DNA of 63,650 bases, the filler included, from Porpidia crustulata (Eukaryota), in assembly GCA_964255105.1 (NCBI GenBank). It is 3 parts of 3 records of this genome, joined end to end, with 100 filler letters (N's around TTAATTAATTAA, not from the genome) between each part and the next. Parts side by side here need not be neighbours in the genome. Positions count along the whole stretch, not along the records: positions 21,345 to 42,453 come from CAXUWE010000109.1; 2 more parts are not named here. One strand, given 5' to 3'. Numbering within the stretch: the first letter of the stretch is position 1; each line of letters begins with the position of its first letter. Under the pieces are notes generated by a model. That model made no database searches. It was not told the origin of the DNA and saw nothing but the letters and a program-made list of their open reading frames with translations. This document shows, piece after piece, positions 21,707 through 35,784 of this stretch. The position numbers and the translations under genes were made by a program.

Positions 21707-24700
21707 TCAATGTGTCACGGCGCCATTCGTCTGCTGTCCCGCGGCCGCCTGCGCGGCGAGCGTGGCGACAGTGTTCGCGTCGGCTTGGACGATGACATTT
21801 TGCACAATCTGCTGTTCTTCGGGATTGAGGACTTTGGTCAGGGATTCGTAAAGTTGGGGCTGGTCTTGTTGGAGCTCTGTTCGTTAAGGGGAAGGAAGGG
21901 TCGGCGGTTAGCTCTTTGGTACTAGCCGCAACAGAGGATAGGGGACTAACTCATTAGGGTTGCTTTGAACATTTGATAGGGCTCTACTTTGTCTAGTGGG
22001 GTTTCTAATAGGCTCTCCTCTTCCAGCTCGTCGTCGTCATCGTCATTAACGGCGCCGAATTTTTGGGCCTAGGGGGATTCTCAGTAGGTCGAACGTGTCG
22101 AAGCTGTATAGATGACTTACTTCTTCACTCAAGAATTCCAGATAAGCGGCACTCTCATCCTTGACGTCCCCCTCCGCTTCGTCGGCGTCGTTGGTCCAAG
22201 CAGCAGCATCACCTTCCCACTCTTCCTGCTCATCATCTTCGTCGTCATCCTCGTTGAGCGTAAAGTCGCCCTCTTTGGTGGCTTCTTCTCGGTCTAGAGA
22301 AAAACGCAAAGTTTCAGACTGTTCATTTACAGTACAAAGTGATCTCCGATCCTGGGAAGCGATGACTTACTTTTCATTGCTGCAGGCAGCGTTTGGAATA
22401 ACCGGACGACACCTTGTAGCAATCTTGGCCATCCTTGTTGCACGCTGCTGGGGACCTCCTCAGCTCGCAAGGTTAGCAACGAACTAATTGCGACAATGGA
22501 TAGCTTCTTGTCATGCACTCTCGAGAAACTCTCGATATGGGAGAACCACGAGCTGAAGAACTTATTAGTCCACCCGTTTGACTCTAGTACTCGTAGAGCT
22601 AATATGGGATTGTAGTAGATGGCGTTGATAATCATTTCCATAAGATGGATACGATACGACTTGACCATTAGATCACCGTTCGCAATCACCGTCATGGCGA
22701 GCTTCACAAACCCGACAATGTATTGATCGATATGCCCTCGAAGATTTAGCATCAGTGCTTCTGCAAGCTTACATCCGCATATTCGATCCATCCCTCCAAC
22801 TTTTTCGTCATGAAAGATGTCTGAGACCATGGTGGCAAGCGCCTCGATGTAAGCAGGCGTCTGTATAAGCGTCTTGGTGCCGTAAGAGACAAAGTTGTCA
22901 AGCGCGGGTAGCATGTCTTCGAGGTAAAGCTCGGCCCCGGCCTTGAAAGCTTTGTGCATCAATTCGAAGGCTTGCCACATTGTGGGGGATACCGCCTTGG
23001 CAGAAAAAGTGCAGCTATCAATGATTTCAAACACCTCGTTGTAGAGGTCGTAAAGTTTGTTCTCGAGGGTAATGGACACGACGGGCATAAGTATCGTTTC
23101 AAGGTGCATCAAGACATCTGGAGTGGCTTCCAGCGTAAGGATCAAAGTACCGATGGTCTGAAGCACCCCAAGCGCAGTGATGCTCTTATCATCCAGGAAA
23201 TCCCCATAAGTCCCTTCGTCGTCTTTCGTAGCATGCCGTTCCAGCAGTTCACGAATGATCCGTAAGTATGTATCGCGCAGTTGTTCGCTTAGCGCTACCG
23301 CAAAAGGGGTGAGCTCTTGCGCAAATTCTTCAACAAAGTCTTCCATAACATTTGCTAGTGCATCAACATCGACCTCGTTAGCTAGCTTTAATAGTTGCTG
23401 CATTATTTGGGGAATATTCTGCTGCATCGACGCCCTGATTACTTCATGCCGTATCAAGGGCTGCAATGCAAGAGCGGCCTCTACCCGAACGGGGAGCTCC
23501 GAGTCGGCCATTGACTCGAGTATGTTTCGATAGATGATTAGGAGGTTGTTAGGATCCTTGAATTCGAGCTGCTCGAATTTCCCAAGAGTATCGCATGCTC
23601 GGGCACGAAGAAAGCCATGGGGGCTTCGGAACTCTGGGAAAACATGCCGGACAAAGAAGTATTCCACCTGATCGGCGATGGGGCTCTTCTTCCCCAAGAT
23701 GACGCCAGCCAAGGTTCCAATCATTCGTAGGGCTCCTTCTTTTTCTCGTGGTTGCTTCTGGTCGTCAGGAGCGGACTCGTATTTATTGACGATGCCATTG
23801 ACAAAGTTGAGGATTGTAAATGTCTGCTTCTTCCGACTCTTCGTCAGAGACACCAAAAAGTTGGTGGCGGCTACATCAGGGGCGGTAACCTCCTCATAGA
23901 AGTTCAGCTTCCGATGCAGGTACTCTGGTGGATCTGAAGCAAATAATTCAATGTCTTCATCAGATTGACACAAGATAGGAAAGAGAACATGAGAGACTAG
24001 GCTGTCCATATGCGGCTTGAGGTGATTCCACATAGACTTGGGCTTCACGCAGTCGTCTAGAAAACTAAGCGTGTAGGAAAGGGAAGGTTTGCTGAGCCAC
24101 GTTGTCTTTGATGCCCAGTTCTCTATCTGCTGTAAATAACCTTTGAGGATTCCTGGGGCGAAATTCGTGATGAAGGACTTCGAGAAGTCGACGAGTTCGG
24201 GAGAGGTGTTCTTTGAATGTGCGGTAGGATTTCCATATCTGCTCGTCATAGCGTGAGTAAACAGGTGTACATCGAGGACCTGGAAAATGTGACATACCGG
24301 ACGAACAGCCGGTTCAGGTTCGCATACGACCATTTCTTGGCCTTCCACCAATGATTCCTCTCTCGCTCCTCCAAGTCCACATCAAGTGCTTCGGCAGGAA
24401 CTTCTTTTCCTATCGCCGTCAGGAAGAGTGTGCACCACCCTACCATGTTATCTTGTCGCATCAGGTGGGAAGGTAGGTCGAACTGCAACCATTAGTTTAA
24501 TCTTACCGCTGCGCGTCCTTGCGATCCCTACATATATTGCATGCTTGTATGCTTTCAAGGTTATCCGTAACATTTCCCATGCTTCCATACTTGTCTCATT
24601 CACTAATCGATTCCCGATGGCAAGGAGCTGAGGAAATGATGCCTCAATAATTTGATTAAACTCCCCCCTATTATCCTCCCCTTTGAATCTATAGACCCGA

Positions 24701-25275
24701 CATATCGCTAACATGCAGTGCAATCCGGCGAAGACAGAGTTGGCATCATTGGTGTTTAATAGCTGCAGGGTAATTTCCATGAAACTAGGCCATTGAGAAG
24801 GGAAATCATGCTGCAGTATTTTTTGCAAAATCGGTATGAGTTGAGATCTGATCTGTGAAGGTGAGGACGCTAGGATGGGTAATAGGCGGTTGCGGAAGTC
24901 AAGCTTTTCTTCCTCAGTTATAGGTTTGTGGGGGGGAGATTCGTCTGCTGGTGCCCAACCCCGTGACACTCGATTTTTGAGGTAGACAACAGCTAGGAAA
25001 CCGGTCAATATTTTCGAAAAGCCATCTTTCAAGCCAGAACATACTCGACAGTCGGATTCCATTGTCTTGTTCGGCCTGTAGTATGTCGAGGAGCGCGTTC
25101 GTGAAGCCTGGCTGTCCCTCTGCCTTTTCCATGCATCATTAGCAGGGGCATTTTGCAGCATTCGTGGGGGGATGTCTAGACATACATATTTCAGGTCTAG
25201 CTCGGCTTGCCGTCTCGCGTCTGCATTTGGATTGATTGTCGACTGTATACAATTTCGAAGGACTGCAACATCCAT
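21707..25275 (-). CDS. NMD5: Importin-7/8 family karyopherin (Nmd5/Sxm1), multi-exon
   Basis: IBN_N start (ADARRQAELDLKY|AEGQPGF, AVVYLKNRV), WWKAKKWSYANLNRLF, REKEGALRMIG, FLRARAC, RVHDKKLSI and an acidic C-terminal region. Confidence 0.95.
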
Positions 25276-25962
25276 AATGAAGAAATTATCGGTATAATGC
25301 GCAACGCACCCTTTACGCTGCTCAAATATTGGGCTAATGTTCTGTGAAGCTGGAGAGACGCTAAGAAGCTGAGGGGATTTGCAGCACCATTGGGCGTTCG
25401 AAGCTAAGTATTATCGATTATGGGTGTATTCCATAATGATTTGGCCATACAACATTTAAACCTTGGAGCTTCGAGTCTTGAGGTTAGTATGCAAATTGAA
25501 TTTATTATTTTCTTATTGTTATTGACATTTCGGACCGACTTTCCGTGTATCGTGATTCGAGCTGATGACTAGCGCATCGAACCAAGCTGTATCAGCCTGT
25601 ATGTTACAAACATATAATACGGGCTGAAACAGGGCGGAATCTGCAAACTCGAGACTGAGAGATACCAGGTCTCCCCGCTAAAGCTGGCCCCTACGCATGT
25701 ACTCTTGCACCCTATCAGTCCCCCCCCAATCGTCACCCACAGCTCGCTTATCGTCACCCTTACGCAGTCACGCAGTCACGTAGACACGCATCCACGCATC
25801 CCAACCTCTCTGTCGGTACTGCGCATGTGCATAGTTATTTACGGTCTCAGCAGCAGTAGTGCGGCTGCCTGCTATTTGCTACCTAACTATTCGTATCGAC
25901 TAGATGTTTGAGTTTCGCGCATTCGCTGGCCCACGACTGGCTGACGTCCACGCACCATCACC

Positions 25963-28900
25963 TCACATGTACAACGAAGCCACAGCGGTGATGTCCCGCT
26001 TGATCATCTCCTGCGCGCTCTGCATCTTGATGAACAGCTCAGGGTCGCCAATGATCCTTGCCGCGTTCTTCACTTCCCTGCAGGTTTCATCAAGCCTCGT
26101 CATAACACGAACAATGGTTCCCTCTAACACATCCGTGAGATCGGTGATGCGATTGAATGACATTCCTCTTGCCCATTCATATACAACCTCGACTAATCCG
26201 AATCTGGGCCGACTGACGAAATCGTTGGAGTCGCTACTTGAGAGTATCACTTGATGCTCGATCTGAAAAGCGTTGACTTTGGACGAAATGTTGATGATCG
26301 TCTCTCTCCCCTTCTCAAGACTTGTCGTTAAAGTGGGCTCTACGTCTGTCTTCTCTTGGAACACGAAAGCTGAGAGGAGCGCAACTATCTCCTCTGGTTG
26401 ATAGTCGGCAAGCACGTTCTCTAAAATGAGTTCCGTGAGAACCAACTCATCCGCCGAATGTATCTGCAGACGCGTATTAGTAACGTTCTATAGAACTCTC
26501 CTGATACATGGACTGACTTCACAAGCGACTTTGCCTTTGAGTTCAACGCGAGAATTCTCGTCGATGAAACCCAAGTCTTTTAGCACTGCTATTCGCTGCT
26601 CATAATCCGGCAGGAGCTGCAAATTCTGATCAGACATAAGCTGCCGGAGTTGAGAAATGTTTTCTTTGATTAGCCACTCATCATGGCGCATCGAGAACTG
26701 CCAACAATTAGATTTTGTCTGGCTTGTCAGATTTTCGAGGCACTCACATGTTTCACAAATGAAAGACATTCAACGCAATGAGCATGTTGTGCTTTATCGA
26801 GCTGCTGCTTGCGAAGCTCCATCGTGTCCCGTATCGATAGCTCTTTGATTCGACTCCAATCGAGTTCTTCCCAGCACGGTAGAGCCCAAGAAGCACAGAT
26901 CTTGGTCAATTCACTTTGTGCAAATTTCTCCTTCTCTTCGTCGTGCTTTAGTACAGCGCTTAGGTCAACCTAAATAAAGCGTCAACAGATTTGCTGGTAC
27001 TCAAGAATTAGACTGGTTGGCTTACCCTGAAGGTCGTTTTCGTAATACAATCCACATCACCTAAAGAGACTTTGATAACCTTAAGATCCATCTCATCCGC
27101 GTTGATTGGTAGGGTTGCAAAGAATGGTCGAAATTGTGGGATATACGGCAACAGATCGCTCGACTGCCGAGTAGCCATTTTTGAGCTTATTGAGAGCACC
27201 TCGAGTGTGGGATTTGGTCCCCTGCTAACGCCCTCTCGTAGCAGAATGCCTGGCATGCGAATACCATTCTTCTCCATTCATTAGCATTGACCATCAATTG
27301 CGAGCAGAGACTTTGTACCTGTTTGAACACTATCAAACGCTTTGGAGAAAACATGCGCCTCCCAACTGGAGATACCACCAGCCTCAGATGTAGATCTGTA
27401 GTCATGGCTTGGAATGCCACGGCGGCTGCATGGCACTCGTCAAGATCGATATCACAAATATCGCAAGGCTCACGCTTGATTTTTGCCAGATCAGTTTCTG
27501 ATACCTTGACCTGTTTCTCCTGCTCCGGGAGTAGAGCCTGAGTTGCGTTCTCGCTGAAACTTCGCTTGATCATTTCTTCGATCTTTAATGCCTCTACTCG
27601 AAGCAGGTTTAATATCATATTGTAGGTCAGTCGGAATTGCGAGCGTAGCTTTGTTGGATCTCCTAGAATCATCTGTTTCAACGTAGCTGCAGGTGGGGCT
27701 TCTTCGCTTCCTTGGTGCACAATGATCACACTGCCCACAGGATCAAGGCCTCGTCTACCTGCCCTGCCTGCCATCTGAGTGTATTCTCCAGGGAGCAGGT
27801 CTCTGAACGAACGACCGTCATGCTTCCGGAAGCCTGAGAACACTACCGTACGTGTAGGAAGATTCAAGCCCATCGCGAATGTCTCCGTGGCGAATAGTAC
27901 CTTAACCAGCGTTTTCGCAAACAGTATTTCTACAACTTCTTTGACGATGGGAAGCAAACCGCCATGATGCACGGCTATACCTCGAGCAAGCAGTTCCCGC
28001 AATCGTCTAATTTGAGGTAATACACGGTCCTGGGGCTTGAGCCGTGCAATTGAACGCTCTATAATCACGTGAATAGTGCTCTTTTCAGTGGCGGTACAGA
28101 AGTCTTGGTTCGATAGCGCATCTGCATTTTCTTCACATCTCTTCTTCGAAAAAACGAAAACACAAGCAGGTAAGAGGCTCTCCTTCTTGAGATGTTGGAC
28201 CAAATGCACCCAAATATTCCTATCCTGAGCAGCAGTCGTCCTACCTCCACCGCGTCCAGTGCGAGCAATGTTACCTTGACCTCGTTGATTTGTACCTCTG
28301 CCACGCTGCTGGGAAGCTCCGCGTTGCTGGTTGCCCGGCTGTGGTCCGCCACGTTGCCCTTGTCCTCGAACTCCGCGTGGAGCAGGCCCTCCACGTTGAG
28401 TGCTGGCACCTTGAGTACCGCTTGTGGGTGCGACTTTCTCCTTACCTGAAAACGCAATATTTGCCGCCTTCCAACCCTGGTCGAAAAACTTCTTATTAGC
28501 ATCAACAATCTTGTGCATAGCCTTATCAGCCCAAAGATAGTGCTCTAAGGGGACTGGCCGCTTTGGAGTTGATATGACATAGATATCCTTCTTCTTTGTC
28601 CTACCAACCCATGATGCAAATTCGTAGGTGTTGGGGACTGTAGCAGAAAGCAAAACTAAAGTTACGTGCTCTGGCAACATGATGATCACCTCTTCCCAGA
28701 CAACACCTCTTTCGAGATCATTGACGTAATGGACTTCATCGAATATGACATACTCAACGTCTCTGATAAGGTCGGCACCACGGTAGAGCATACTTCTTAG
28801 AATCTCTGTCGTCATTATCAAGCAGCTAGCCTCAGGGTTGATCTGAACATCTCCTGTCAGGATACCAACATCATCAAATTCTTGCCTGAAGTCTCGAAAT

Positions 28901-30068
28901 TTCTGATTGCTTAGTGCCTTGATTGGTGAGGTATATACGGCCTTTGTCATGTGCTTGGCTGCCAATGCTATTGCGTACTCTGCAACGACAGTCTTCCCAG
29001 CGGAGGTATGAGCAGCTACGAAGACTGAGTCACCATTTTCAAGATGATAGACAGCTTCTTTTTGGAATGTGTCGAGCTCAAATGGCCACGTCCTTGCCAT
29101 TTCTGGCACAAGCTCACTAAAATTGGTAATGTCCTTTTTCACGTCCACCATGTGCGCCCATTCTCTCCCTCTCCTGGCCGTAGACGCAGCTAGCTGGCCA
29201 TGGGGCTCAAGTGCAGGAAACTCCACTGGCAGTAATGAGTCGATATCTTCCTCTATTTCATCATCAGATTTTTCAGTGATATCCTTTTCTGTGATCACCC
29301 CATTTGTACTAGTATTCTCTACCTTGTCCACATCAATGGGTTGGTCTGTTTCCGTTCCGAGGGTCTCTTCAATTTGTTTCGCGAGTACTTGATCCCCTTT
29401 TTCTGGGACTTTCGTAAAATCAAGCCCTCTAGCAAAGCCCGGAGGTATCACAAGTAGACCACCAGAGGTGAAATCAATTACTCGATCTAATCTGTCCCAT
29501 TTCGTACTCTCGGTTCGTTTGCTTTCTTGAATTGCTTGATCTTCCAGATTTGCAATTGCTTGTACCCCATCAAGGCCACCAGGTGCAAATGGAAAAAAGC
29601 CCGCGGCACCGCGCACGAAATCTGCACGATTGGCCGGCTTGCGTAGTAGAGACGTGGAATTCTTGGCAGTAGCGCTGTTAGCAGGAACAGTAACTTCCTT
29701 ATAGCCTGTGACCTTGCCTTCGAGGCCTTCTCTAGTAAAGCGTATAATGGTTCGACTCTGCGTAGGCGCCATCTCGTACATACCAGTGTAGTCTATAGGA
29801 GCATCCCATCGCCTGTCGGAAGCCTCAATTGGAGACCAAGGGAACACATTTGACCAACTTACTGCTGCAATTTATTCAACCACTCAGTGTTGAAGGACGT
29901 AGGCGGATTCAAGAAAGTCTCCTCAAGATTCTTCTTTATTTCTTCGGGCGATTTTCTGGGCCGTTTTTTTTGACGTGGTTCATCAAGTATCTCGTCAATC
30001 GAGAAATCTTCGCCGTCCTCATCCTTGATTTGCAGCTTTTTGATGGCATCTGATAGGCTTGTGGTCAT
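25963..30068 (-). CDS. SKI2: Antiviral RNA helicase Ski2, multi-exon
   Basis: [30 protein letters not shown] and DSHCT end [13 protein letters not shown]; Ski2_N region [14 protein letters not shown]. Confidence 0.97.
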
Positions 30069-30072
30069 TTTA

Positions 30073-30138
30073 AGCAAGCATCCAATCGTGAGCAAGCATC
30101 CAATCGTGAGCAAGCATCCAATCTTAAGCAAGCATCCA
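30073..30138. repeat. 18-bp tandem repeat (~3.7 copies) immediately upstream of the SKI2 start
   Basis: AGCAAGCATCCAATCGTG units; each carries an ATG on the SKI2 strand, and the three full units carry CCAAT. Confidence 0.92.
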
Positions 30139-31875
30139 GAGCCTTAAAGCAATGGATTCTCTGAACGTTCTCCTGTATTTAATGTATATTACGAGGAGAG
30201 AAAGTACAACATGAGCAGGAAACACGAGTTTGAACAATTTGAAGCGTAACTTGACAAAATGCGAAGCGCAGCAGTGTTTGCAAAAGGACCGAGCAAGAAT
30301 TATGTATCTAGCATTGGAAATCCCGAGCAACTGGGACCTGGACTATCATTGTATCCAAAATTTCTGGTCCCATTTCGGAATGTAGCAAAATTCGTGCCAA
30401 TATCTACCTCTCTAGATATCTATGATCACGAGAAATTTCTGCCCCTTCCTCGCGGGTGCAGCGGCTGCTTGAACTGCGCCGGGGGTGAGTGGCTCCGAGC
30501 CGAGTGACATCTACCACTATCATGATAAATATATCATCCTTGGAGAATTGTATATAACGTAGGCGCGACATACGATATCAATACTCACGGTAGACCTAGC
30601 TTGGAAAGATAGAAAATCTTTACGTGCGTAGTCATACAAGACGTTACAATTTTCCAGGCCGCGCTTGGAAGCCTGTACTCAGTGGTTGTGGAGGCTGAAA
30701 GGGGCAATCTCACCATCTCAAGAATTGATATCACAACCCCCAGGGACCCATATGCCACACAATGGTGGGCAACCGCGGGTTTGGGAACCTGCAGCACTAC
30801 AACTCACAGCTCAATCTACGGCGACATGCTGCTGATGTACAAGTAAAGGGATAAGAGCTGATTGAGCGGTAACCCCGCAACGCTGGATAGAGCCAGCAGT
30901 GTACAGGTGTCCGATTCGCCAATCTCCGCATCGAAGTCTTGAGGAAAGATTCTCGTTGGCTGAATGGGAGGAGGGATACATGCAATGATTGATCCGGCGC
31001 AAAAAGGGTTTGTAGGGGTTCTCGGTGTACTATAGTATGGAATATATGAGAGACCTGCGTCGCCTCTGTATCATCTCGCATTCACGATGGTTGATCGCTG
31101 AGGTTTCGCCAAATCAAGAACCATTGCTTGGACGTCATACTACCGTGACTTTGTTGGTTCTGTTGAAATCTCTAAATGAGCGACGTAGTGCACGATCTCC
31201 TGAATGACCCACGTCCGTGAACCCACGTCCGGATGCTCTCTTATTCTATGGAGACCTCCCCCTCGATGACAATGTTTTAGCCTGCTTCCCCCGAAGGGCC
31301 CCAAAGTTCTCTCCGCCAATGGATTTAGCACACCAGCACGGACAACCACCGCTTGCGTTAACGTGGAGTTCCCACATGGGACCCGTGCCCTATAGTTGCT
31401 GAAATGCGCTGCCAAAGACCGCGGCCGTGTAATGCTGGAAGGGATTATAATTCCATGGCAGATTTTTGCAAGACCATGCCAACTTTCGTCCCCAGATTGT
31501 GAGGGACCTGAAAAGTATATGCACAGTTTGAGCAATGATTGAGCCGAAGTTGAGCCGAGTCACGTAAATCGAGCTTTCAACTCAAACTTCGTATATCTCC
31601 AAGAATGGGATTGAAGCTGTAGAAGTCGAGTGTAAGGCTGAATGAATCGGGGGAGCAGAGAAAGGGCAAGCAGCTCTTTGTAGGCCACCCAGGTATCTAT
31701 GATATGAAAGTCAAAGGAATGGAAGCCATGAGCGCTTGACAGCCGAACCGCATCGCTTCAGAGGTATCATAAATTGCTCGAGAAACCACTCAGCCATTCA
31801 ATCATGCTAAGCACAAGTGAACGCTCTTTCCATGAACGGCCTAGCCCATGCAGTCGAGCTCGATTCTGCAGCGGC

Positions 31876-32890
31876 TCACCAGAAATCATCCATGTCCGCC
31901 ATTGCCTCCATCTCATCGTCAAATTTGTCATCCCGAGTCTCATCTTGACCTTCATTATTGTGCCGAGATTCCTTCATAGGCCGTGCATTTCGATGTTCAA
32001 TACTATCCTCTGCTAATAATTGATCAAGGTCATCATCTCCTGGGTGATTGCCAGACTCATCATCCGAGACGAACAGACTATCATTGCCAGCCGGACCTTG
32101 TTGAAGAAGGTCGTTTGGTTTTCTTGGAGTTGCCGAATAGAGATCATCGTCATCTGTTAGATTTGGCGTAGGAGTATGTGGCCGTCGCCCACCATCGATC
32201 GCCAATGACGCTTCATTTGGGTTTGAAGTTCCTGACACGCCTGCTGCATCTTTCGTATCACTTATCAAAGCGTCTTCTATCGTATTTTTGGGTTTACTCT
32301 CATTGATCCACTCTTTCCTCATGATCTGCATGCGTTTTTTGTGGCCAAGCTTCTCGATAATTGCAAGACCATCAGCGAATTTAGCTCTTGGGTATAGGTC
32401 GTCGAGCCAAAGCTGGTACAGATTGAGCATTCGAGCAACATCCGAATACTAGACATCGAGATATCAACTGATTGTTTGTGGCTCCAGTATAGCAACTCAC
32501 CTCGTGACCTTTCCCCTTGAACTTAAGTCGTTCTCTGGCAAGTCGTCTTAATTTTGGGATCCCCGCTTGAGAAAGAAGTCTACCAAAAATTGAGAAACAA
32601 TCCCACAGATTCAATCGCTAGATTTTCTGAGCTCTCATGACAAACCTTGCTTCATCCAATTTTGGAATGGGTGTTCGCTGCTTCACAACCTTGATCTCTT
32701 CATCGATACCCAGTCCTGTAGTATTCTCTTTTCCACCAGCCCTCGCAGCTGGTTTAGGTGCTGCTGGTGCATCCATATTTGGATCGACATCGCGAAAAAT
32801 ATCCATATTTACATCGTAGTCAAAGAGATCGTCTAAGTCATCTGCTGGTACAGCAAGAGCATCGCTCTGCCTGGACGATACTTGAGCCAT
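31876..32890 (-). CDS. CSM3: Replication fork protection protein Csm3/Swi3 (Tipin), three exons
   Basis: GLGIDEEIKV..PKLDEAR|LLSQAGIPKLR..FKGKGHE|YSDVARMLNLYQLWLDDLYPRAKFAD. Confidence 0.95.
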
Positions 32891-33181
32891 TCTTATAATT
32901 GACCGAGACCCTCACAGATTTTGAATGATGGTGTTCTGGACTGCGCATGCGTGTAGATTGAGAAATCTGTAGATGCCCAAGATGCCGTTAATGGTCGCGT
33001 AAATTCCAAAAGTCAGCGGGGAGACGTGACTTTACTCACACCGCATTTCGCTAAAACAACACCTGGTCCTCTGGATCCTCCCTCGCTATCGCAACACGGC
33101 TTTGATCCGCGAACCTCAAGCTCCAATATATGGACGGAGGAAACATACTGACAGGGCACTGATTTATTTGTGTTGTTCACA

Positions 33182-33982
33182 ATGTCCGACCTCCAACGGG
33201 CTTATGTCCCTGCCAGGGCCTTGAATACTCCATACCCAGTTTGTTCTCCCAAGAGTCTCTCGAATTTCTCATCACTGACCCCCCTCCATAGCTCATCGAT
33301 AGCGATCCGTTCGTCCTACTTCATCCCTTCAGACTGAGCCTTTCAAATCAGCTAAATGTATCACCAGCCATTTCAAGCGCGTCTGCAAATATGCTCGACC
33401 TTCAGATTATGCCTATGGAGCTGCTACAACAGCATTTGGACCAGCCTTGATGCTGCTATGGGAACAAATCGCACCTTCATATGTTGGGCGTGGAGGCTTC
33501 GCACCGATTATGCGGTTGACGGGCGTTGTTGGTGTTGGAGGGGGATTCTTAATGTTTTACACCCGGTCAATTCGTTCGTGACTTCGAATCCAACCATAAC
33601 CGGTTTGACTACACAATGACTGACTATTTTGCAATCGATACAGACCGATTTTATGGCTTCGATGAAAACAAGCGGGAGATAGACATGGACATGAAAGAGA
33701 TGGTTGACAAAGTCAAGAAAAACGAGCCTTTATATGGGACGTCAACGTTATCGCCGTATATGCAGGGCGTAGCATCGAGAAACTCGAGATATTCAGGCGT
33801 ATTCCTGCACATAATCCCGTGGTTCAACTTTGTCAATCATGAACAGGTGAGCTGCGTTAGGAATCTCGAAGAGGTTTGAGGGGCTAGCTAACAAAACAAA
33901 GCATGGTGTCGATACGGCGAAATACTATCAGCAAGCGGAGAGGGAATTGGAGAGCGAAAAAGCTGGAAGCTCAAGCTCGTGA
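33182..33982 (+). CDS. Mitochondrial complex I 20.9/21-kDa accessory subunit (NUXM-type), five exons
   Basis: YP|LIDSDP|HFKRVCKYARPSDY..RFYGFDENKRE..VASRNSRYS..PWFNFVNHEQ|HGVDTAKYY. Confidence 0.93.
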
Positions 33983-35784
33983 CCTATAAGGGTATAGCAG
34001 CCAATTCAAGCGTATTACTTGCCGGCGTTTTGGAAGAATCGATATGTCGATCTTGTGTGCCATTAGTGTTCCATATGGACATGCCCAATCTTGATGACTA
34101 CTTCGCCGCCATAACGGCATCACATCGTCCTTGTTTCAATTCCCATTTATCGATATCATCAATATTATCATTACATCAATGATTCATACTTTTAAGATCG
34201 AAGACATGAGATGACCATACAGACACCCGGACAACCCTGTCTATGATCCTGATACCACTCCACCACCACAGCTCGGTGCTGGTGCCTTCAATCTTCACAA
34301 AAAGCATAGGTGACAAGCAACCTCTCATGTGATGATACCCTCTTCGTTTACTCCCCCTCAACCCCACAAATCTCCATAGATTTCATTGATTCAAGCGTAC
34401 GCTGGTCTCCCGTCGCGAATCACCCCATCATCTACATTCTTCTTCAAACTAACCCCCACTCATGTATCTTATCATCTATCTTCTCTGTATTCAATTGCTC
34501 ACCAAAGTAACGGCCATGCCCGCCACCACACGCCTCACCCTTGCTCCTTCCCCGAACATCCCTCGTCAACTCAGGATCACTAACACAGCTTCCCCTGTAA
34601 AGCCCCGCATCGTTTCGATGAACGCTCGCTCTAGCGTGCAACACAATAACCAGCATCTCTTTCAATCTTTTTTTTTTTTTTTTTTGCGGTTCACCAGCAC
34701 AGCCCGGCTATAAAAATTTAGCGACCTGGCTTGCTGTGCTCTGGAATCTGCAGGATCCCTAATTGAGGAGTAATAGGGGATTCATGGAGAAGAAGGACGG
34801 TGTGGCGGTTGATTGGGCTGAAGAAAGGGGGACGCCAGGGAAGGAGAAGAACGGTGGGGATGATTGAAGTTTGGTAATGAAGGAAAGGGAGGACTAATGG
34901 CGCTAGTGAAAAGGGGTGGAGGAGAAAGTTGGCTTGGGTATGTGAGATGAGCGTGAAGCGAGTAGGGGAAAGGTGGGGATGGGAGACACATGAGGGCAGT
35001 GACGAAAACTGATATAACGGGAGTAAAATGCGATCTACTATAGCTGAGATAAGATGCTGCTGCTAGCGAAGTTGAAGCGCTTGAAATCATTACTAGGCAA
35101 CGATATACTATCGCCGACATGAGCTCTTCCGACAAAGCTTCCAGGATCCTAGCTCGAGGAGACACATAGCTCGTGTTATAGTCTCTCAACACTTCCACTT
35201 CTGCCGAAAACCTAGAGTCCCTGTCAATTCCACTCGGCAGACCACTGAGCAGAGATGCTCCAATCAACGCTCCTTCTCCTTCTGATCTCCGTAGTTTTCA
35301 CCAGAACCACAAAGAATTACTGGATTGAAACAGACTCCCCCACTTCAGACATACTTACTATCTTCCATGGCAATGTCCTTTTATGTCAGGCCCATATAGC
35401 ATTGTAAAGAACAACGATAGCCGGCATCAAACCAAAGGATTGGATGATGGTTCGGCAGCCAGCGGCTTTTCGAGGTCCCAATAGTCTAGATGCGAGCATA
35501 ATCTTTCGGCATTCGAGGAAGGACCTGCATCCTTGGTGGATCCCATGAGCGATAATGGCTGGGAATTTCGTGATCTTGGTGTAGTGGCTGCCGCCACGTC
35601 ATGATCTTTTCGCCGACATTGCTTCCCTACGCAAACTTGGGAAAATACATCAGGAGTGGCGATGATAAATGGCTGATATTTCGGTAATATTGAGGGATAT
35701 GGCGTAGTATGTCAGGATGGAGACGATGCTGTACGATGGAATATATTCTTAAATATGAATTCCTGTTCTGCAAATCTTGTCCGA

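Noticed and set aside
19079..30068. Apparent RNA-surveillance cluster (EST1/SMG6-like + NMD5 + SKI2)
   Set aside because: An artificial linker separates the EST1-like gene from the other two, and Nmd5 is an importin. The adjacency is not biological evidence.
30585..31535. Short ORFs between SKI2 and CSM3
   Set aside because: No motif or consistent exon structure; possibly a very decayed gene, but unsupported.
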